The translations under genes and the position numbers were made by a program. From the IMG/VR virus record IMGVR_UViG_3300033121_000578, positions 7,845 through 71,844 of that record: a stretch of DNA of 64,000 nt, one strand, 5' to 3'. Of the stretch, positions 9,188 to 16,157 are shown in pieces. Positions within the stretch are counted from its first letter, which is position 1. The number at the start of each line of letters is the position of its first letter. The DNA is from a virus. The notes under the pieces are model-generated. The model had not been told where the DNA came from. It ran no database searches and saw only the letters and a list, made by a program, of their open reading frames with translations.

Positions 9188-9380
9188 AATTATTAAGTGA
9201 CAGTAGGATGTCAGCCTTTTAATTTGTTTATCAATCTGGAATTCTTTGATATTGCACTAAATGTGGTAGTTCTTCTACCACAGTTTAGCTTCAGAACCCT
9301 GTTTCGTTCTTTAGAACTCATCAGCAGAACCACACAGTTCTGGACAGGAAGCAGTTTAACGAGATGCTCAGCTCAGGTGA

Positions 9381-9581
9381 TTAATGATTAACCCAAATTG
9401 ACCTCTCTCTTTTAGAGGAAATCAATTTAGCTGATGCACAATCTCTAATCCCCTTATAAAGAAGTCTTTTAGCTTCTCCAAAAGATATTTGTTTCGAATG
9501 TGTCATCCTCTCACCTAAATACCACCAATTAATAACTAAAGTGATGGTACGTGTTTGTTCCTGCCTTTCGGCTGTCATCAT
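9381..9581 (-). CDS. hypothetical protein (66 aa)
   Basis: ORF; last gene before the divergent region. Confidence 0.3.
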   Translation of the reverse strand: MMTAERQEQTRTITLVINWWYLGERMTHSKQISFGEAKRLLYKGIRDCASAKLISSKRERSIWVNH

Positions 9582-9654
9582 ATTTTATTGTTTTAGTTGT
9601 AAAATAATTTTGATTTGATTTTTCTGGAGTTTTTTAGAGTTTGCTGCCATTTAG

Positions 9655-9794
9655 GTAGGGGGTACAGGCAGCTTCATCTTTCACCCCGGTACCTTTTATA
9701 CATCTGTTCCCCAACTCTCTGCACACAAAAAATTTTGAAACCAAAGGGTAGGGGGTATCTATAGGAGGGGTACCTTTAAGGGGAGGGGGTACTC
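9655..9794. repeat. GGGGTAC iteron-like repeats (4-5 copies) in the divergent intergenic region
   Basis: GGTAGGGGGTAC 9655-9666, GGGTAGGGGGTATC 9746-9759, GGAGGGGTACC 9764-9774, GGGAGGGGGTACTC 9781-9794, CCCCGGTACC 9684-9693. Confidence 0.6.
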
Positions 9795-9874
9795 TGTAGG
9801 AAAGTACCTATTCTTCTCTGCCCTCCCCGTATTTTGGCTAATACGTTAATGTCTTGTTAACATTCCCCTATATT

Positions 9875-9907
9875 TTTGGATTTGCCCTTATAATTAGTGT
9901 ATATTTG
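9875..9907 (+). promoter_or_regulatory. Bacteroidetes-type promoter (-33 TTTG, -7 TATATTTG) for the plus-strand block
   Basis: TATATTTG at 9900-9907, TTTG at 9875-9884; the ATG at 9912 is only a few nt downstream. Confidence 0.5.
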
Positions 9908-9911
9908 TTGT

Positions 9912-10112
9912 ATGGAATTGAAATTCAAACATTTAGTAAATGAGATGATTGAGAAGGGATGGAGGGTATACTATTTTGGTACATTCCCGCCCTCTGGGAT
10001 ATTAGATAATATGTGTCATGCACGCAACTTGGAGATGCTTACCTACGAGGGTAAGCCTTTTTTATTTGTAAGAGATAAGTATAAGAAGGAGGTAAAGAAT
10101 GAGAAGAAATGA
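9912..10112 (+). CDS. hypothetical protein (66 aa from ATG 9912; the listed ORF starts at GTG 9897)
   Basis: first ORF after the divergent promoter. Confidence 0.4.
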   Translation: MELKFKHLVNEMIEKGWRVYYFGTFPPSGILDNMCHARNLEMLTYEGKPFLFVRDKYKKEVKNEKK

Positions 10113-10338
10113 TTACTCACGTATTATAGAGTTAATACGTAATATGTTTCCGCACTCTACAGATGTGCGTATAGAGGTAGATACTAATAGGAAGGATATT
10201 GAACACTTTTCGAAAATTATTTATGAACACTCTGAGAATCAATTTGTTAAACCGGGAGAAAATCCTGAGGATAGGATATACTCTCGTTTTAGGACACCAT
10301 TTGGGATGATATCATTAAATAATAAAGATGGAAAATAA
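10099..10338 (+). CDS. hypothetical protein (79 aa)
   Basis: ORF. Confidence 0.45.
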   Translation: MRRNDYSRIIELIRNMFPHSTDVRIEVDTNRKDIEHFSKIIYEHSENQFVKPGENPEDRIYSRFRTPFGMISLNNKDGK

Positions 10339-10507
10339 CTACGAACTTATTGGTGAAGATAAACATAGGTCACCAATCTATTTTGTTCCTGATATAGAGG
10401 ATATAAGAGTAGGATATGAATGTGAAACAGCTAAAGCTAGAGTTAAAAGATTGGGGAGCAACTTAGATAACTATAATAGACATAAACACATTCAGATATA
10501 TTTGTAA
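10328..10507 (+). CDS. hypothetical small protein (59 aa)
   Basis: unlisted ORF MENNYELIGEDKHRSPIYFVPDIEDIRVGYECETAKARVKRLGSNLDNYNRHKHIQIYL that fills the gap. Confidence 0.3.
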   Translation: MENNYELIGEDKHRSPIYFVPDIEDIRVGYECETAKARVKRLGSNLDNYNRHKHIQIYL

Positions 10508-10525
10508 ACTTTTAAATATAAAATA

Positions 10526-10756
10526 ATGACAAACGGAGAAAAATTAGTAGGATTGCAATTTAACCCTTCTGGATTAACAGAAGTAGATGAAGTAAAACAG
10601 ACATTTGCAAAAATGATTGATAAACTTGAAGATAAATTTGCAAACTCTGTCCAGCACGGAACAGCTACTGCAAACAGGGAATTTTTGTTTAATTATGCAA
10701 AACAGGAACTAATCAGAGCACAAATGGCAATGGTTAAATATTTAACATTTGATTAA
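10526..10756 (+). CDS. hypothetical protein (76 aa)
   Basis: ORF. Confidence 0.45.
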   Translation: MTNGEKLVGLQFNPSGLTEVDEVKQTFAKMIDKLEDKFANSVQHGTATANREFLFNYAKQELIRAQMAMVKYLTFD

Positions 10757-10764
10757 TAATTTTT

Positions 10765-11484
10765 ATGAAAATAACAGTAGAAAGACTAATTATTCTTATA
10801 TTAGTAGTATCTCTATTCCTTTTATATAAATGCTCCTCCTCAAGATTGCGTGAAAAGGATGATATAATTACTCAGGCAGAGCTGGATAAACAGACATTAC
10901 AGACCCTTCTGAATAAGAAGGGAGATACCATCTATTCACAACAGTCTATTATAACATCCTCACAATCAGCTATTAAGAATCTGACAGACTCTATCTTCGA
11001 CCTAAAGAAGAAGGATAAGAAGAACAGAGAAGTAATAGCCTACTATAGAGGACGTACAACTACACGTATTGATACCTTGGAGATTAGTTGGGTAGATACG
11101 GCCCGTATGAAGAGATTTGAGGACTCTGTAGAACAGGTATGCAAGGATGTCATAGCATTCTATAGAGACTCTGCTATAGAGACACCACATACAGATTCCT
11201 TTACAACGAAGGATATTGATGTAAACTTTACATTGAAGAAGACCAACCGCACACCATCCCTTGTAATAAACAGGTTGGCAATAGTAGATACCCTTGATTT
11301 ACAGTTTGTTGAGCATAGACGCTTCTTACGAAAGCCAACAATTGAGGTACAATTTAAGCACTCTAATCCCTATATAAAGGTAGATGGGTCAAACTCAGTA
11401 TTTTATAAACCACAGAAGAAACCTAAATGGTTTCAAAAAGCCCTACTAATAGGTGTAGGGGTATTTTTAGGAACAAAACTATGA
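10765..11484 (+). CDS. bitopic envelope protein with an N-terminal signal/lipoprotein-like segment and a C-terminal TM helix
   Basis: N-terminal LIILILVVSLFLLYKCSSS and C-terminal ALLIGVGVFLG hydrophobic segments around a hydrophilic middle. Confidence 0.55.
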   Translation: MKITVERLIILILVVSLFLLYKCSSSRLREKDDIITQAELDKQTLQTLLNKKGDTIYSQQSIITSSQSAIKNLTDSIFDLKKKDKKNREVIAYYRGRTTTRIDTLEISWVDTARMKRFEDSVEQVCKDVIAFYRDSAIETPHTDSFTTKDIDVNFTLKKTNRTPSLVINRLAIVDTLDLQFVEHRRFLRKPTIEVQFKHSNPYIKVDGSNSVFYKPQKKPKWFQKALLIGVGVFLGTKL

Positions 11485-11711
11485 CAACAACTAACATACT
11501 CCCAGACAAGAAAGAAATAATCCAGAGGTTATTTACAGCAGGACACATCACATTTGATGAGATGTGGGTCCTCCTACAGGATAATGAGGGAACAAAGTTT
11601 ATCCCTTTACCTTATCAGGTACCATATTACCCATGGCCCTATTACTATCAGCAACCTCCTGTTATTACTGAACCATATTATACAACATCAACTCAGATAA
11701 AGCATGAATGA
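11481..11711 (+). CDS. Pro/Tyr-rich small protein (76 aa)
   Basis: ORF from ATG 11481; YQVPYYPWPYYYQQPPVITEPYY. Confidence 0.4.
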   Translation: MTTTNILPDKKEIIQRLFTAGHITFDEMWVLLQDNEGTKFIPLPYQVPYYPWPYYYQQPPVITEPYYTTSTQIKHE

Positions 11712-12306
11712 TACGTATCAGGACTTAGAGGGATACAATATAAATATGCCAGAGTGGTTATCTCCCATCCATGAGCATAATTTTATACATCCCACGGCCA
11801 TAATTGGCCCAAATGTTAAAATGGGAAAGGGTAACTACGTTGGACCATTCTGTGTAATTGGTTATCCTGCAGAGCATAAGAAGTACTGGATAACCAACGA
11901 GAAAGCCTCAAATATGCTGATGCCTACATTTGATGGAGCAGGGGTAGGAGAGGTAGAGATTGGAGATAATAATATTTTTACAGGAATGGTTACAATAGAT
12001 GCATCTACGGAGCAGAAGACAGTTATAATGAATAGATGCTGGTTCCTAAAGCACTCACATGTTGGACATGATGCAGTTATTGGGAATGGAGTTACGGTAT
12101 CCTGTGGAGCAAAGGTAGGAGGTCACTGCATAATTAATGATAACTGTAACCTAGGATTAAATGCCACTATACATCAGTGGGTAGAGATACCTTCACAATG
12201 TATGATAGGTATGGGAGCAGTAGTAACAAAGAAAACAGAATTATCACCAAATAGAAAATATGCTGGGGTTCCAGCTAAAGATATAGGAGAGAATATAAAG
12301 AAATGA
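11704..12306 (+). CDS. LpxA-like hexapeptide-repeat acyltransferase (truncated, lacks the C-terminal helical domain)
   Basis: FIHPTAIIGPNVKMGKGNYVGPFCVIG, VEIGDNNIFTGMVTI and HVGHDAVIGNGVTVSCGAKVGGHCIINDNC align with E. coli LpxA motifs, including the catalytic-His HxxHD region (recalled from memory). Confidence 0.75.
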   Translation: MNDTYQDLEGYNINMPEWLSPIHEHNFIHPTAIIGPNVKMGKGNYVGPFCVIGYPAEHKKYWITNEKASNMLMPTFDGAGVGEVEIGDNNIFTGMVTIDASTEQKTVIMNRCWFLKHSHVGHDAVIGNGVTVSCGAKVGGHCIINDNCNLGLNATIHQWVEIPSQCMIGMGAVVTKKTELSPNRKYAGVPAKDIGENIKK

Positions 12307-12932
12307 GAGTAACAATATCATTACCTTGTTTTGGGAGACCTCAACGTACAAGAAGAGCCATTCAATGTATCCTTAATCAGGATTTAAAGGGATGGGAAGC
12401 ATTTATAATGGGAGATAACTGTCCCCACTTTCAGAAGATGATAGATAGTGGAGAGATGGAGTGGCTACAATGGGGTGCCAATCTACATGGAAACAAACTA
12501 CATTACTTTAATGCTAAGGAGAATGGCGGAGGTCACGGTTATAAATTAACCAACCATGCCATCCAGAATGCCACAGGAAAGTATTTGGTATTCTTTGCTA
12601 ATGATGATGTAATTCTCCCAAATCACCTATCTAACTATATGGAGATAGAAAAATATCCAGATATAGATATGATGTACTTTGATAGCTATCTTGAGCCATC
12701 AAAGAGTCCACGTATCTCACGTTTGGGATTTTGTCAGATAGGACATAGTGAAATAATTGTTAAAACAGATATAGCAAAGAAATGTCGTCCACATACAGAA
12801 AAGTATGGACATGACTGGGATTTTATATCAGATATAATGGGAATGGGGAAGTGTATTAAATCTACGTCTACACTACAGACATATAGAGTTATGCATATTC
12901 CCTCTATAGGATGTGTTGATACAATAGATTGA
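12303..12932 (+). CDS. family 2 glycosyltransferase (GT-A fold)
   Basis: ISLPCFGRPQ...ILNQ...EAFIMGDNC N-terminal pattern and a DxD-like FFANDDVILPN. Confidence 0.7.
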   Translation: MRVTISLPCFGRPQRTRRAIQCILNQDLKGWEAFIMGDNCPHFQKMIDSGEMEWLQWGANLHGNKLHYFNAKENGGGHGYKLTNHAIQNATGKYLVFFANDDVILPNHLSNYMEIEKYPDIDMMYFDSYLEPSKSPRISRLGFCQIGHSEIIVKTDIAKKCRPHTEKYGHDWDFISDIMGMGKCIKSTSTLQTYRVMHIPSIGCVDTID

Positions 12933-12952
12933 TAGTAAATTATTTGGATAAT

Positions 12953-12976
12953 ATAAACTAAACTTGTACTTTTGTT
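12953..12976 (+). promoter_or_regulatory. Bacteroidetes-type promoter (-33 TTTG / -7 TACTTTTG) upstream of 12980
   Basis: tatTTGGataatataaactaaacttgTActTTTGttaaaATG. Confidence 0.45.
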
Positions 12977-12979
12977 AAA

Positions 12980-13426
12980 ATGAAAAATATGATGAACGAA
13001 TTATTTAATTTTCCAATTGTCATGATAGATGGTGATAACGAGGAAAGAAAGTCAGCAGAAGATAGACTACTTGGAAGGGTATCAAATGATGAGCCTACAG
13101 AATATGATATGATATTTGGAGAGGCTGAGTACCCATATTTTGATTTTGTTGGAATAGAAGACAGATGGCTACCATCAAAGGAATCAGTAGAAAAGGCAAT
13201 AGATGGAAAGTTTGATGCATGTATTGTAAGATTTGCAAGTGTTGGACAACTTCTTGTACCTTGGTCAAGAAAGAAATTTAAGGCAGAAATTGCAAAATTT
13301 GCAGAACAATATGAAGCAGAAAAAGCTGCAAAAGAATCTGAAAAAAGAGAAATCAGAGTAATAACTTTAACTCCTCAACAACTTGAGGGAATTATGCAAA
13401 CACAAAAACCAGATGAAAATGAGTAA
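12980..13426 (+). CDS. hypothetical protein (148 aa)
   Basis: ORF. Confidence 0.55.
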   Translation: MKNMMNELFNFPIVMIDGDNEERKSAEDRLLGRVSNDEPTEYDMIFGEAEYPYFDFVGIEDRWLPSKESVEKAIDGKFDACIVRFASVGQLLVPWSRKKFKAEIAKFAEQYEAEKAAKESEKREIRVITLTPQQLEGIMQTQKPDENE

Positions 13427-13718
13427 AGTAAACGGAAACAAGAACATGGATACTCCCCAAATGGAGGCAATGAGACAAACAGTTATTGAGCAGGAATTGT
13501 CTGCTCGTTCATGGAAGGCTTATTATGAGAAAATGTACTACTCCCTTGAGGCAGAGAAACTGGAACCCCTATATAAGGAGTATCAGGAGAGAGCTGCTGA
13601 AAGACTGAAGAAGGAGAGGGAAGCAATGGAGCAATTCATGAAGAACCTCAATGAGGAAATTGAGAAGAAGAATCAGGAAGATTCTGTAGGAGAAATTAAA
13701 CTAGAGGAGGCTAACTAA
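13383..13718 (+). CDS. hypothetical coiled-coil protein (111 aa)
   Basis: ORF, E/K-rich. Confidence 0.5.
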   Translation: MRELCKHKNQMKMSKVNGNKNMDTPQMEAMRQTVIEQELSARSWKAYYEKMYYSLEAEKLEPLYKEYQERAAERLKKEREAMEQFMKNLNEEIEKKNQEDSVGEIKLEEAN

Positions 13719-14077
13719 TGGCAACAGACAGAAAAGCTGATTATATTGGGAACCACGGTGGAACATACACAGACCTTAATGGCATGAGTAAACAGTTCAC
13801 CGTGGTTGACCACGATAAGAAAACAACCATTCACTTTAATTCTGAGAAAATATCATTTAATATGTCAGAATATAGGTATCAACTAATTGACAGAATACTG
13901 GAATTACCAGCATCAATTTGTCCAGAAATATTCCGTGACTATACTGTAAGAGGAGATACTCCTGTTATTACATGGAATGAGACAATGCTACGTAATGATG
14001 GTGTTCCTATCTCTCAGTTGAGAGACCTTTGTGTGCTCTGTGAGAACAAGGCAGAACTGATGAGATTAATCCCATAG
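13718..14077 (+). CDS. hypothetical protein (119 aa)
   Basis: ORF. Confidence 0.55.
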   Translation: MATDRKADYIGNHGGTYTDLNGMSKQFTVVDHDKKTTIHFNSEKISFNMSEYRYQLIDRILELPASICPEIFRDYTVRGDTPVITWNETMLRNDGVPISQLRDLCVLCENKAELMRLIP

Positions 14078-14134
14078 GTTAATTTCACCTAATAGATTTA
14101 TTTTCAAAATAAATTTGGTAGTGAATTAAAAATT

Positions 14135-14692
14135 TTGTATATTAATCATATGACAGGAAGTAGAGTCGTAAAAGTATTCGAAGCAGACAAAGAAATAAAG
14201 TTACAAAATGTAGAGAAAAAAACTTACAACTACTTAAAAACTAATAGTTTAAACGATATAGTAGTTATAATAGATGATGACTTACAAAAGATTGCAAATA
14301 TTGCTAAGTGTGTAACGTCTACTGTATATTCCTCTTTGTTCCAACTTTCTAAAAAAGGACTGATTAAGATTATAGAAAGAAGAATAGAGAGAAAGAAAAC
14401 CAAACATGGAGATTTGAACCCCGGAGAGAGTGGGTATAATTACTTCACTGTAGCAAAGATGAAGTATGGTATAGGTAAAAATGAAATAGAAGAAATTTGG
14501 AAAAAGCAAGGATATTCGTGTGCTATTTGTGGAAAGAAAAAGGAGTCATCGGGGAAAAGATTTCATATAGACCACTGTCATATTAGCGGAAAAATAAGAG
14601 GTCTATTGTGCAGCAAATGTAATATGGGGATAGGAATATTTGACGAAAGTATAGATAGACTTAATTCTGCAATTTTATATTTGAAAAGTTAA
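14135..14692 (+). CDS. Endonuclease VII (T4 gp49)-family HNH-type nuclease with N-terminal HTH-like region
   Basis: HIDHCHISGKIRGLLCSKCNMGIG matches the Endo VII motif HLDHDH...G.VRGLLC..CN..G. Confidence 0.75.
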   Translation: MYINHMTGSRVVKVFEADKEIKLQNVEKKTYNYLKTNSLNDIVVIIDDDLQKIANIAKCVTSTVYSSLFQLSKKGLIKIIERRIERKKTKHGDLNPGESGYNYFTVAKMKYGIGKNEIEEIWKKQGYSCAICGKKKESSGKRFHIDHCHISGKIRGLLCSKCNMGIGIFDESIDRLNSAILYLKS

Positions 14693-14728
14693 TTTATTTT
14701 TAGTATATTATCTCTATAAAAAACCAAC

Positions 14729-15097
14729 ATGGTCATTAAGTCATTTCTAGATAAGGTTCTACTCCCTGACAAAAGGGATGTCCTGAGGGTGCATTTGTAT
14801 TTGAAATTTCTTCAATATAACATACAACCCTATGAAAATGACATCAATATAATAATTGAGTTATACTGTTTTGGAGGATACTCAAATTCCGAGAAACAGG
14901 AACAGTTCTTTGATACATGTTTGGAGAAGAAGTATAAGAAAAGTAAGCAATCTATCAGGAATACACTTTCTAAGTATACTAATCTTGGGGTTCTGGAAAA
15001 GCCCAGAAATACCTCATTATCAGTATCTTCTAAGTATATTCCACAGATTGACTTTGATAAATTGCTACTTCAACATACTATAACCCATGCAAACTAA
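14729..15097 (+). CDS. hypothetical protein (122 aa)
   Basis: ORF. Confidence 0.5.
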   Translation: MVIKSFLDKVLLPDKRDVLRVHLYLKFLQYNIQPYENDINIIIELYCFGGYSNSEKQEQFFDTCLEKKYKKSKQSIRNTLSKYTNLGVLEKPRNTSLSVSSKYIPQIDFDKLLLQHTITHAN

Positions 15098-15503
15098 TCA
15101 CCTTGATATATATAAGATGGTAGCCGAGGAGACCGGGGAAAGTGAGCAGCTATACAAGGATATAGGCTCATTTGTCTTCAAGGAAACCGCAAGTATGATT
15201 AAGGACCCTGAATCTCTTATTCTTAAGCTGAAGGGGATTGGTTCATGGCACCTCAGGAAAAAGAGGATGGAGATAGTTGTAAATGAGTGGACAGACCGTG
15301 CTAAAGTAAAGACAAGAGAAGATTTTTCGTCAGAAGCCTCCTACCTCTCCTATTTAGAGAAGCATACTCAGTATATGAACTTTAAGGAGAGGTTGGAGGA
15401 ATATGACAGATATCTTCAACTTAAACAAGAAATTAGACAAAAAAGACATGAAACTCAAATACTTCTAGAGCCAAATGATGAAGAAAAATTTAAATCTGAA
15501 TGA
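15087..15503 (+). CDS. hypothetical protein (138 aa)
   Basis: ORF. Confidence 0.5.
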   Translation: MQTNHLDIYKMVAEETGESEQLYKDIGSFVFKETASMIKDPESLILKLKGIGSWHLRKKRMEIVVNEWTDRAKVKTREDFSSEASYLSYLEKHTQYMNFKERLEEYDRYLQLKQEIRQKRHETQILLEPNDEEKFKSE

Positions 15504-15847
15504 AGATAATATATTATTGGAAACTCCTGAGAGGGAAAACTAGTGCACTGAATCCAGCTAAACTAGATTTGAGGCATATATGGGCAGTTATGCAGAGCTG
15601 GATTAGGGGAATTCTCCCAACTCCAAAACACATAAAAGAACAGATTATCTGGAGAAGGGGTGAAGTAGCCCTTAAATCTCCAGAATGCTGGAAACAGGGA
15701 CACTGCATTCAGTGTGGATGTGAGATTGTCCCAAAAACCACAGCTGATATGGGATGTGAGAATGAACCATTCTGCTACCCTGAGATGATGGGTAAAAAGA
15801 AATGGAAAGAATTTAAGAAAACCAATGACATAAAACTATTCTTATAA
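15500..15847 (+). CDS. hypothetical Cys-containing protein (115 aa)
   Basis: ORF; CIQCGC...CENEPFC, possible metal site. Confidence 0.5.
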   Translation: MKIIYYWKLLRGKTSALNPAKLDLRHIWAVMQSWIRGILPTPKHIKEQIIWRRGEVALKSPECWKQGHCIQCGCEIVPKTTADMGCENEPFCYPEMMGKKKWKEFKKTNDIKLFL

Positions 15848-15854
15848 TCCAACT

Positions 15855-16157
15855 ATGTTAGTAGCAGTCGATACAGTAAAAGATTTAGGGAAGGTAAAGA
15901 AGGGAAGTCCTTACTCCTTCCAGTTTGCATTAAGAAACAACGGACAGAACGAAGTTATAATTGACAGAATATCAGTAGGTTGTGGGTCCTGTACAAAGGC
16001 ATCCACCTCTAAGGTAAAGCTTGGTCCGGGAGATACATCAAATATAGATGTAATCTTTACTCCGGGTTCTACTGGTACCCAACAAAAATTCGTGAATGTG
16101 CAGTGGAATAGGGATAATCTCTTGAAGCTGACATTTACAGCAGATTCATATGAGTAA
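15855..16157 (+). CDS. DUF1573-like small protein (a Bacteroidetes-type domain)
   Basis: about 100 aa with NNGQNEVIIDRISVGCGSC, resembling the DUF1573 CGC signature (from memory). Confidence 0.45.
   Translation: MLVAVDTVKDLGKVKKGSPYSFQFALRNNGQNEVIIDRISVGCGSCTKASTSKVKLGPGDTSNIDVIFTPGSTGTQQKFVNVQWNRDNLLKLTFTADSYE

Noticed and set aside
8480-9391. Plus-strand ORFs (62-85 aa) overlapping the minus-strand small-protein genes, two starting MTVGCQP inside the 30-bp repeat
   Set aside because: They are Cys-rich and low-complexity, antisense to a co-directional block of membrane-protein ORFs with 4-nt start/stop coupling; typical AT-rich shadow ORFs
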